From Candidatus Onthovivens sp. (GTDB taxonomy: Bacteria; Bacillota_I; Bacilli_A; RFN20; CAG-826): 64,000 nt of DNA. This document shows positions 36,655 to 45,168 of the stretch, in pieces. Where the stretch lies: the NCBI GenBank assembly GCA_034087725.1, contig JAXDXW010000016.1:1586-65585 (forward strand). Reading direction: 5' to 3'. Made by a program: the position numbers and the translations under genes. The notes under the pieces were generated by a model. That model worked only from the letters and a program-made list of their open reading frames with translations, was not told where the DNA came from and ran no database searches. How positions within the stretch are numbered: position 1 is the first letter of the stretch; every line of letters starts with the position of its first letter.

Positions 36655-37557
36655 ATGAAAAACAAATCATTAATCTTTGCATGCTTCTCACTCCTTGCAG
36701 CATGTACCATGAGCAGTTGTTCAAATTCTAATAATGGACCAGTTTATAAATTAATTATTGCTGGAATGACTGATACAGCAGAAAGAAGGCAATCAATCGA
36801 TTTCTCTAATCCTTATTATCAAAGCGAATTAGTTTTGGTTTGCAAATCTAGTGAAGGAATCGATTCAAACAAAGTTTATTCAGAATCTGAAGTTGCCGAA
36901 ATTTTAGATGGAAAAATCTTAATTTCACAGACAGGTACAGTAACCGACGACATGATTGAAGATGTATTTGTTAAAAAGTTTAATGCAATCAGAGCAAATA
37001 GTGTTGATAGTTTTACAACCGCTAGTATTAGTGTTTTAAATGGACAAGCTTTTGCTTTCACTGCTGAATTACCGGTTGCTAAGGCATATGTCGGAGGTAG
37101 TGAAGGTCAATTAACAATAATGCATATTGATGAAAACATTTTAGGTGAAGAAAACTTAGCTTCCTTAGGTGTTTCAATCGGTATTAAAAAGGGCCAAAGT
37201 GAATTTGTTTCAAAACTAAATGAAGCATTAGACGCAATTAGCAATGATGCAAGAAATTCAATAATGGAAGAAATGGTTTCATTTAATATGAATAATAATG
37301 AAGCTAAAGATAATATTAGATCTAAGTTAACTGGAGAAAATGGCACTATTATTATTGGCTTGGAATGCAATTATCCATCTTTTAACTGGACAGAATTTGA
37401 ACAAAATAATTATACATACAATATAACTGGCAAAAGTACTGAATTTGCTGAGGGGTATGATGTAGAAATCGCATATAGAATCGCCTCCTATTTAGGAATG
37501 ACATTAGAAATAGAAAAGATGGAATGGGATGCCCTTTTACCTTGGGCAAATATTTAA
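36655..37557 (+). CDS. Amino-acid ABC transporter substrate-binding lipoprotein (SBP_bac_3 fold, circularly permuted order)
   Basis: Lipoprotein signal (LLAAC/MSSC). The mature N-terminus, KLIIAGMTDTAERRQSIDFSNPYY, is normally mid-protein. The C-terminus, IIIGLECNYPSFNW..GYDVEIAYRIASYLGMTLEIEKMEWDALLP, is normally the N-terminal unit. Confidence 0.75.
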   Translation: MKNKSLIFACFSLLAACTMSSCSNSNNGPVYKLIIAGMTDTAERRQSIDFSNPYYQSELVLVCKSSEGIDSNKVYSESEVAEILDGKILISQTGTVTDDMIEDVFVKKFNAIRANSVDSFTTASISVLNGQAFAFTAELPVAKAYVGGSEGQLTIMHIDENILGEENLASLGVSIGIKKGQSEFVSKLNEALDAISNDARNSIMEEMVSFNMNNNEAKDNIRSKLTGENGTIIIGLECNYPSFNWTEFEQNNYTYNITGKSTEFAEGYDVEIAYRIASYLGMTLEIEKMEWDALLPWANI

Positions 37558-37559
37558 AA

Positions 37560-38318
37560 ATGCGGGATATTTTTGTAAATAACATCACAAGTTTTGGTTA
37601 TGGTATTGCTACTACTTTATTTTTAGCAGTAGTTGGTACTTTTGGTGGTCTTTTAATAGGAATATTTTTAGCTTTAGGAAGGACCCTAAAAATTAATGCT
37701 CATGATAATAAAGTAGTTTTATTAATTAAGAAGTTTATTAATTTTATATCATATATTTATATTCAAGTTTTTAGAGGAACTCCAATGATGCTTCAAGCAA
37801 TGATTTTTTTCTTTGGAATCCCTTTATCTTGGTCTAAATTAGGGGACCATCCAATTTTTAATGGTTATCTTTTGTGTGGAAGTATTGTTATAGTATTAAA
37901 TACTGCTGCATATATTGGCGAAATTTTAAGAGGTGGTATTAATTCTGTCGATGTTGGTCAAGAAGAAGGAGCACTTTCTTTAGGGATGACTCATTTTCAA
38001 GCAATGTTTTTAGTTGTTGTACCACAAGCTCTCAAAAATTCTATACCTGCTATTGGAAATGAGTTTATTGTCAATATTAAAGATTCATCTGTATTAAATG
38101 TAATTGGTTTAACCGAGTTATTTATGTATGGAAAGATTATTGTAAATAACACTTATAAAGCAATTGAAACGTATGTAATATTGGCGATTATTTACTTATT
38201 CTTAACAGTTGTCGCTTCTTTAATCTTGAAGCTGATAGAAAAAGCAATGAAAGGCGATATTCATTTTGATATTAATTATTTCAAACATGCTGGTTCGCTT
38301 TTCGGAGGTAAAAAATAA
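37560..38318 (+). CDS. Amino-acid ABC transporter permease
   Basis: HisM/GlnP-type permease with the EAA-like loop ([19 protein letters not shown]). The ATG lies 3 nt after the SBP stop. Confidence 0.85.
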   Translation: MRDIFVNNITSFGYGIATTLFLAVVGTFGGLLIGIFLALGRTLKINAHDNKVVLLIKKFINFISYIYIQVFRGTPMMLQAMIFFFGIPLSWSKLGDHPIFNGYLLCGSIVIVLNTAAYIGEILRGGINSVDVGQEEGALSLGMTHFQAMFLVVVPQALKNSIPAIGNEFIVNIKDSSVLNVIGLTELFMYGKIIVNNTYKAIETYVILAIIYLFLTVVASLILKLIEKAMKGDIHFDINYFKHAGSLFGGKK

Positions 38319-39250
38319 TGAATAGAGAAAAAATTATCTCCATTAGGAATTTAGCTAAACATTTCGAAGACACAAAAGTTTTGCGAGATATTAATTTAGA
38401 TGTTTACAAAGGTGATGTTATTTCAATTATTGGACCATCGGGTAGTGGAAAGTCTACTTTTTTGCGTTGTATTAATCAATTAGAAGAAGCTACAAAAGGT
38501 CAAATATATTTTAATGATTATTTAGTCGGTGACTATTATACTTATTATTTAAATAGAATTAAAAGGGAAAGAATTAAGTTTAAAGAAGCTAAAAAAAGCG
38601 TTTTGAGTAACGCAGAATTAAACAAAGATGAAAAGAAAAAACAAATTGCAGAATTAAAGAAAAACTTAGATTCTATTGTTGCACAGCACAAAATAACTAT
38701 TCAAAATATCAAAAATCATGTAAAAGAATCAAAAAATCTAGATATTAATGTATACAGATCTAAGGTGAATATGGTATTTCAACAATTTAATTTATTTAAT
38801 AATTATAATGTTTTAGAAAATTGTGTTATGCCTCAAGTTAAGATTTTGAAAAGAAGCAAAGAAGAAGCTACAAAAATCGCTAAAGAGTATTTAGAACTTG
38901 TCGGAATGTCTGATAGACAAAAATATAAAATTAGTCAAATCAGTGGAGGACAAAAACAACGTGTTGCTATAGCAAGATCCCTCTGTATGAATCCTGACGT
39001 TATTCTTTTCGATGAACCAACATCTGCTTTGGATCCTGAAATGGTAGATGAGGTTTTAAATGTTATGAAAACTCTTGCAGAAAGAGGCATGACCATGATC
39101 GTTGTAACTCATGAGATGAATTTTGCTAAGAATGTTTCAAATTATGTAGTCTTTATGGACAAGGGTTATATTGTTGAAGAAGGCAATCCTAAAGAAATAT
39201 TGGAACACCCAAAAACTGAAAGGTTGAAAGAATTTTTAAATCTTGCATAA
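38318..39250 (+). CDS. Amino-acid ABC transporter ATPase with Lys-rich insertion
   Basis: Walker [11 protein letters not shown]-loop [21 protein letters not shown], Walker [12 protein letters not shown]. About 60 extra residues lie between the Walker A region and the Q-loop. Confidence 0.88.
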   Translation: MNREKIISIRNLAKHFEDTKVLRDINLDVYKGDVISIIGPSGSGKSTFLRCINQLEEATKGQIYFNDYLVGDYYTYYLNRIKRERIKFKEAKKSVLSNAELNKDEKKKQIAELKKNLDSIVAQHKITIQNIKNHVKESKNLDINVYRSKVNMVFQQFNLFNNYNVLENCVMPQVKILKRSKEEATKIAKEYLELVGMSDRQKYKISQISGGQKQRVAIARSLCMNPDVILFDEPTSALDPEMVDEVLNVMKTLAERGMTMIVVTHEMNFAKNVSNYVVFMDKGYIVEEGNPKEILEHPKTERLKEFLNLA

Positions 39251-39283
39251 TTAAAAAAATAATTGAGTTTTACAAGGTTTTTT
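39251..39283 (-). repeat. Dispersed element copy (AAAAAACCTTGTAAAACTCAATTATTTTTTTAA)
   Basis: Begins immediately after the ATPase stop codon, in antisense orientation. Confidence 0.75.
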
Positions 39284-39345
39284 GTTGAATTTAAGACTTT
39301 TTTGAAAAATTATAATGACACAAAATTTCATAAATAAATATATTT

Positions 39346-40680
39346 ATGAAAACAACTGTAGTAAAATATATCATGCGTATGAAGCAGGATTTAAAGAAAG
39401 AAAAAAAGAAAAGATATAAATATTTGATATATCTTTTTTTAATTATAGGACTAACTGCATTTGTTCTATATTTTTCTTTGCGAGGTAATACAAAATATAA
39501 CGGCGAAGACATCCTGACGATCATTGCTATTGGAAAAATCTTTGCTGATATTGATATCGGCTACTTATTTTTGTTTCTTGGATTAGTACTTTTGTATCAT
39601 TTTTTAAGTTCCTTTTGCATCTATTTTTTTGCAAGATTATATACACGAAAATATAAGTTTTATGAAGCGATTGCCAATGAATTAGTTGGTACTTTTTATA
39701 ACTGTATAACACCTGGGACTAATACTGGAGGCCAATTTGCTCAGGCCTTTACATATAAGAAACAAGGAATGAATATTTCTAATGCTGCGAGTATTATGGT
39801 TATGCAGTTTATAATTTACGAATTTGCACTATTATTTGTGGGCTTCGTATCACTTTTCAATTTAGAAAATGTTTTAAGCATTAAATATATTTCTTTATTC
39901 AATGTTAATATTCCTATTGTTATCTTTGTCATCCTTGGATTTATTATTTCTTTATTTAAAATCCTTGGTATTATTTTTATGGCGGTTTCTAGGAGACTCC
40001 ACAACTTTATTACAAATAATGTAATTGATTTTTTATCCAAAATTAGAATTATAAAAGATGCTGAACCTATTAAGTTAAATTTACGTATTCAAGTTGAGAA
40101 CTTTAGATTGGAAGTAAGAAGATTATCTAGTAATATTCCATTCACAATTTTAATGCTTCTTATATATATTTTTATGATTAGTTTGTATTATTTGTTTCCA
40201 TTTTTTATTGGATTATCATTAAATTCCTTTGAATTAGTTGGCCACCCATATATAAATATGTATGAGAGCATTTCCTTTTCTTATTTTCATCAGTTAATAA
40301 GTGGCATAATTCCTATACCTGGAGGAGCTGGTATCTCTGAGTTTATATTTAATAGTTTGTTTAGTGGATATTATAGTGAAGAATTTGTTAGCAATGGCGG
40401 ATGTAAAGCTGCAATGCTTCTTTGGAGAATGTTTACCTATTATATTCCATTTTTGATATCTGCATTCGTTGCTTTTACATACAAAGGCAAGGGAGTGAAG
40501 AAAGAAGATAGATTGTATTCACTTGACAATAAAACATTTGTTACATTGCAACTTGATGCAATTGAGGAAAAAAACAATAATAATTCACCTCGCCATTGGA
40601 CTAAATCTATTGATAGAAATGAAATAATAGAAAGACTAAAGGAAGAAAAAAATAGTAAAATGAATACAGAGGACAAATAG
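39346..40680 (+). CDS. UPF0104 / LPG_synthase_TM-type flippase-like membrane protein
   Basis: VGTFYNCITPGTNTGGQFAQAFTYKKQG motif and about 8 TM helices. Confidence 0.7.
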   Translation: MKTTVVKYIMRMKQDLKKEKKKRYKYLIYLFLIIGLTAFVLYFSLRGNTKYNGEDILTIIAIGKIFADIDIGYLFLFLGLVLLYHFLSSFCIYFFARLYTRKYKFYEAIANELVGTFYNCITPGTNTGGQFAQAFTYKKQGMNISNAASIMVMQFIIYEFALLFVGFVSLFNLENVLSIKYISLFNVNIPIVIFVILGFIISLFKILGIIFMAVSRRLHNFITNNVIDFLSKIRIIKDAEPIKLNLRIQVENFRLEVRRLSSNIPFTILMLLIYIFMISLYYLFPFFIGLSLNSFELVGHPYINMYESISFSYFHQLISGIIPIPGGAGISEFIFNSLFSGYYSEEFVSNGGCKAAMLLWRMFTYYIPFLISAFVAFTYKGKGVKKEDRLYSLDNKTFVTLQLDAIEEKNNNNSPRHWTKSIDRNEIIERLKEEKNSKMNTEDK

Positions 40681-40681
40681 T

Positions 40682-41854
40682 ATGAAGATTGGTATTTTTA
40701 CAGATACTTTTGCACCTGAAGTAAATGGTGTAGCCGTCAGTTGCAAATCATTAAAAGAAACGCTTGAAAGTGGTGGCCATGAAGTTGTTCTTTTTGCGCC
40801 ATCAAAGAAAACTTATTACGATGAAGAAACACATATATATCATTTGCATGGACTATTTTTAAAAAAATTGTATGGTTACAGATTAGTTTCTCCTTTTAGG
40901 AGAAAAATCTACAAATTTATTAGAGATTTAAATTTAGATTTAATTCACATAAATACTGAATATGGTGTTGGCTTAATAGGCATTTATTCATCACGCAAAT
41001 TTAGTATTCCTATAGTTTATACTTATCATACGAATCTAGAAGATTATACTTATTACATCACTCATGGTTTCATGGATAAGAGTGCAAAAAAAGTTCTTAG
41101 GAAAATTTTAAAAAAATATTGTGAAGATGTCGATGAAATAATTGCACCTAGTGAAGATACTAAATTAAGACTCCAAAAAATGAACATTAATAAAATGATT
41201 AATGTTGTACCAACTGGTTTTAATTTCAATCGTTTTTCAAATGGTGCATCGAACAAAGAAAAGTGCCTAGAAATTAAAAAAAACCTACAAATCTCGGACC
41301 AAAATTTTATTTTATTATGTTTAGGGAGAATTGCAAAAGAAAAAAGCTTTGACATAATCATTGATAATTTTAGATACTTTTTGAACAAAACTAAAAAGTA
41401 TGATGTTAAACTTCTTTTTGTCGGCGATGGGCCAGCAATTAAAAAACTAAAAAAACAAGTAGAAAAATATAAGTTAGAGAAAAATGTTATTTTTACAGGT
41501 AAAGTGCCGATTTCAGAAGTTCAATACTATTATGCTATAAGTGATATTTTTCTTAACGCTTCTACAACTGAAACTCAGGGTTTGACATATATGGAGGCTA
41601 TGGCTGCAGAGAAAATTGTTTTATGCAAAAGAGCAAAATGTCTAGAAGATTTAGTTGTTGATGGTGTTAATGCTTTCTATTTTGAAGATGAAAAGGATTT
41701 TACTAAAAAAATAGTTAACATAATGTCTCTATCTGAAAAAGAAAGAAAGAAGATAACAGATAATGCATTAGCTTCAATCGATAAATATTCTTCTGAAAAT
41801 TTCTTAAAGAATATAATGAGAGTTTATAATAGAGCAATTAGGGATAGATTCTAG
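40682..41854 (+). CDS. GT4 glycosyltransferase (diacylglycerol glucosyltransferase-like)
   Basis: MKIGIFTDTFAPEVNGVAVS N-terminus and an E-x7-E region (TETQGLTYMEAMAAE). It resembles glycolipid synthases of wall-less and Gram-positive bacteria. Confidence 0.75.
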   Translation: MKIGIFTDTFAPEVNGVAVSCKSLKETLESGGHEVVLFAPSKKTYYDEETHIYHLHGLFLKKLYGYRLVSPFRRKIYKFIRDLNLDLIHINTEYGVGLIGIYSSRKFSIPIVYTYHTNLEDYTYYITHGFMDKSAKKVLRKILKKYCEDVDEIIAPSEDTKLRLQKMNINKMINVVPTGFNFNRFSNGASNKEKCLEIKKNLQISDQNFILLCLGRIAKEKSFDIIIDNFRYFLNKTKKYDVKLLFVGDGPAIKKLKKQVEKYKLEKNVIFTGKVPISEVQYYYAISDIFLNASTTETQGLTYMEAMAAEKIVLCKRAKCLEDLVVDGVNAFYFEDEKDFTKKIVNIMSLSEKERKKITDNALASIDKYSSENFLKNIMRVYNRAIRDRF

Positions 41855-41863
41855 GAGGTGTTT

Positions 41864-42781
41864 ATGATTTCTGAATTAAAAAGCGGATTTCCAGGAAATG
41901 GTGTTTATTTAATAAAAGACGCTGTGAATGGCGTAACAACTAACGGTTTAAATTATCTAACAATTGTATTTCAAGATAAAAGTGGCACTATTGAAGGAAA
42001 AATGTGGGAAGTCTCTAAGCAAGCTTTAGAAGTGTTTAAAAAAGGTAATATTGTAAAAGTCGATGCTGACGTCATACTTTATAAAGATAAATTACAACTT
42101 AAAGTATATGGCGGAAAAGTTATGGATGATTATGAAAGCTTAGACGATTTTATTATTTCATCCCCTATTCCTATTTCTTCACTAATAGATGAGTTCAATA
42201 AATTTAAGAACAGTATAAAACAACCTCAACTAGCTGAATTGTTGGATTTGATTTTTAAAAAATATTATAAACAATTTATTTCTTATCCTGCAGCGATGAA
42301 AAATCACCATGAATTTATGCACGGTTTAATTCATCATTCGGTAAGTATGGCAAGATTAGGCGAATCTATAGCTGCACTTTACCCTAATGTTGATAGAGAT
42401 TTATTAATTTCTGGGTGCTTATTACACGATATTGGCAAGGTTATAGAACTTACTGGTCCTGTATCTACTGCGTATTCTTTAGAAGGAACTCTACTTGGCC
42501 ATATTTCTATTGGCTTTAATATTATTAAACAAACTGCAATAGAAAATAATTTAGAGTGTGAGGAAGTTTTATTGCTTGAACACATGATATTATCACATCA
42601 TGGTAAATTGGAATATGGATCTCCAGTTTTGCCACGTGTTAGAGAAGCTTTATTACTATCAATGATTGATGATTTAGATTCTAAAATGATGATTTTAGAT
42701 AAAGCGCTTGATGGAAAAGAAAACGGAGAATTTAGCGATAAAATTAGTTCAATGGATTTTATAACTTATTATAAAAAGTAA
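41864..42781 (+). CDS. yhaM: 3'-5' exoribonuclease YhaM (OB-fold + HD domain)
   Basis: OB-fold N-terminus, then HD motifs HHSVSMA..LLHDIGK..LSHHG. The ATG at 41864 lies 5 nt after AGGAGG. Confidence 0.8.
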   Translation: MISELKSGFPGNGVYLIKDAVNGVTTNGLNYLTIVFQDKSGTIEGKMWEVSKQALEVFKKGNIVKVDADVILYKDKLQLKVYGGKVMDDYESLDDFIISSPIPISSLIDEFNKFKNSIKQPQLAELLDLIFKKYYKQFISYPAAMKNHHEFMHGLIHHSVSMARLGESIAALYPNVDRDLLISGCLLHDIGKVIELTGPVSTAYSLEGTLLGHISIGFNIIKQTAIENNLECEEVLLLEHMILSHHGKLEYGSPVLPRVREALLLSMIDDLDSKMMILDKALDGKENGEFSDKISSMDFITYYKK

Positions 42782-42792
42782 AGTTTTTAAAG

Positions 42793-42826
42793 AAAAACCC
42801 TACAAAAGTCCACTATTTTTTTAAAA
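42793..42826 (+). repeat. Dispersed element copy (AAAAACCCTACAAAAGTCCACTATTTTTTTAAAA)
   Basis: Begins 12 nt after the yhaM stop. Confidence 0.8.
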
Positions 42827-42828
42827 TT

Positions 42829-42858
42829 AAAAGAGTAAGCGTTTGCTTACCCTTTTAA
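42829..42858. terminator. Hairpin terminator between convergent yhaM and HIT genes
   Basis: Stem GTAAGC/GCTTAC with loop GTTT. Flanking partial pairing, and A/T tracts on both sides. Confidence 0.5.
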
Positions 42859-42874
42859 TTTGATATAAAATTAT

Positions 42875-43297
42875 TTATAGATTTTCTTTTATTTGCTCTG
42901 CAATTTGAGGTAAATCTAGGCTAACTAATTGACCATTCATTGTAATTTGGAAACCATCAGTAGATTGATATCTAGGAATAACATGAATATGGAAATGCTT
43001 AACTACTTGTCCAGCTGCTTCATAACAATTAGTTAAAATGTTTACACCTTTTGCGCCTAATTGTTTGATTTGCGCTTGACCTATACGTTGTGCCACATTC
43101 ATCATTTTATTCATAATCTTCTTAGGACAACTGAGGAAATTATCATAATGTTCCTTACTTATAACTAGAGTATGACCATAAGTTGCAGGATTTATATCTA
43201 AAAAAGCTAAAACATCATCATCTTCGTAAATTATATTTGCTCCAATCAAATGAGAACTAATTTTGCAAAAAATACAATCATTGTCAAATTTTTTCAT
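42875..43297 (-). CDS. HIT-family (histidine triad) protein
   Basis: VKHFHIHVIPR histidine triad, and CIFCKI at the N-terminus. Confidence 0.9.
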   Translation of the reverse strand: MKKFDNDCIFCKISSHLIGANIIYEDDDVLAFLDINPATYGHTLVISKEHYDNFLSCPKKIMNKMMNVAQRIGQAQIKQLGAKGVNILTNCYEAAGQVVKHFHIHVIPRYQSTDGFQITMNGQLVSLDLPQIAEQIKENL

Positions 43298-43341
43298 GTA
43301 GGGCCTCCTATTAAAAAAGCGAGCTGTAACTCGCTTTAGTC

Positions 43342-45168
43342 TTAATCGAATAAATCAGGATATGTTTCTTTCATGTAATCGTATAACGATTGATCATTAT
43401 ACTTAATATCGAGTTTTTCGAGATAACTTAAGAATGCTGTATTCTTATATGTATCACCACTAGCCATTGTATAACCAATCTTACGAGCGATCTTATCTTT
43501 TTCACTAATTGAATAATCGGTTGTATTATAAGCAAGTTTAGATTGAGAAATAGCTGCATTAATTTCGACAATATAGAATGTTGAGCCATCTCTTAATAAG
43601 ATTGAGTCTTCAAGTTGTTCACTTTGTGCATTTTGCTTCTTTAAGAAGTAGTGACCGTTGATTTCGTAAACATAGTCAGAACGTGTAAAGAGTTCTGGAT
43701 TTGTTGGAGTATCAACAGAGACATTATACTTGTATAAATTATCTTTAATTGATGATGGCAAAGAAGATAAACCATTATCTTTTGTTGCCCAGTCAGTTAC
43801 AGTGTAATCGTGGGTTTTAATTTCGTTTATTTTCTTTTCTAGGCCGACACTAACAGGTTGTGTTGAATTACTGGAGAATGTTGAATATTGAGAATTAGAC
43901 TCAGTATCGTTAACATCGTTATTAATCTTTGAATAATCAGTAATTAAATTACCATATTCAGTGTTTTTGTAGAAATAGTGATCGGTTTCACCGTCTATAT
44001 AAGTTGTACCTGTTTTGTCAGAAAGTTCAGCAATTTCTTCGTGTTTTTTAACTAGTTTGAAACCACTATTTTTGAGTAAATCAGCTGCTTTTTGTTTTGA
44101 AGGCAAAACTTGATTTGTTGAGAAATCGAAGACATCACCTTTCCAAGCATCTTCAAGGACTTTGTAGTTGATAGTGTCATTCTTAGTTGCAGAAGCAATT
44201 TCAGTTTTAATGAATTCTCTTAATAAGCTACGAGCATCGTTGATGTTAGTTGTATCTGTAGAAATAGAAACATAAGAAACATTACGAGCTTGTGTTCTTG
44301 ATAAGGTTGTATATTGATTATCAATGATATATTGTTCAACAAGAAGTGTAATCATAACATTTGGGATTACTTCTCTGTTTATGTAATCGCTATATAATCC
44401 AAGGTGGAGAATAGGAACTCCTGTTGAATTGTCAGTACCAATAATTGATTCAATGTTTTCTAAAGAAATCGATGAATCAATAAGAATTTTATTTGAGAAT
44501 GGATAAGTAGCTCTTTCTTCACTAGTTAATGAAGTGTAATCTTTTTCCCATTGATAACTATAAATATTTTTTGCATCAGTTTTGCTTAAATCTTCTGAAA
44601 AATCACCAACTTTTGAAGATTCAAATTTTGCACGAGCATATTTATATTCATAGAAGAAGTTGTCAGTTTTATAAGAAGAGTTATTAGCTTCATTAAAAAT
44701 TGTTTTAACAACCTCTAATTTAACAATTTCTTTAACGCTTTCTACACGATTAGTAATTGTTGCGGTTAAAGAAGTTGGTTCTTTTGGCTCATAAATATTT
44801 GAGCCTTGAGATGTTTCTTCTTTATCCCGATACATTTTATGTTCTTTAACAAATTCTAATTGTTCGGCACTTGTTTTCCCATCATATCCTTCTAAAACAA
44901 CAGCACCATTAGAGTTAACTGAGAACTTACCAACAAGTTCATCGGCATATTTAGAAAGGATTAAATCTCTAATTGTTGATGAGGTAGAAGAAGTATCGTG
45001 AAGTTTTTCGTAAATATAGACAATATCTTCTTGTGTAAAGACATCATTTTCAGTAATTGTAACTTTATCACTTAAGCCAGGATAAATTTCACTTTCATTA
45101 CAACCTGTTAATAATAATGAACATGCGGCTAAAGCAATAAATCCAACTTTATTGTGCTTTCTTGACAT
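43342..45168 (-). CDS. Large lipoprotein with PrsA/SurA-N-like N-terminal region, no PPIase motif seen
   Basis: The ATG at 45168 follows GGAGGA. Lipobox LLLTGC. It overlaps the upstream gene's end by 20 nt. Confidence 0.7.
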   Translation of the reverse strand: MSRKHNKVGFIALAACSLLLTGCNESEIYPGLSDKVTITENDVFTQEDIVYIYEKLHDTSSTSSTIRDLILSKYADELVGKFSVNSNGAVVLEGYDGKTSAEQLEFVKEHKMYRDKEETSQGSNIYEPKEPTSLTATITNRVESVKEIVKLEVVKTIFNEANNSSYKTDNFFYEYKYARAKFESSKVGDFSEDLSKTDAKNIYSYQWEKDYTSLTSEERATYPFSNKILIDSSISLENIESIIGTDNSTGVPILHLGLYSDYINREVIPNVMITLLVEQYIIDNQYTTLSRTQARNVSYVSISTDTTNINDARSLLREFIKTEIASATKNDTINYKVLEDAWKGDVFDFSTNQVLPSKQKAADLLKNSGFKLVKKHEEIAELSDKTGTTYIDGETDHYFYKNTEYGNLITDYSKINNDVNDTESNSQYSTFSSNSTQPVSVGLEKKINEIKTHDYTVTDWATKDNGLSSLPSSIKDNLYKYNVSVDTPTNPELFTRSDYVYEINGHYFLKKQNAQSEQLEDSILLRDGSTFYIVEINAAISQSKLAYNTTDYSISEKDKIARKIGYTMASGDTYKNTAFLSYLEKLDIKYNDQSLYDYMKETYPDLFD

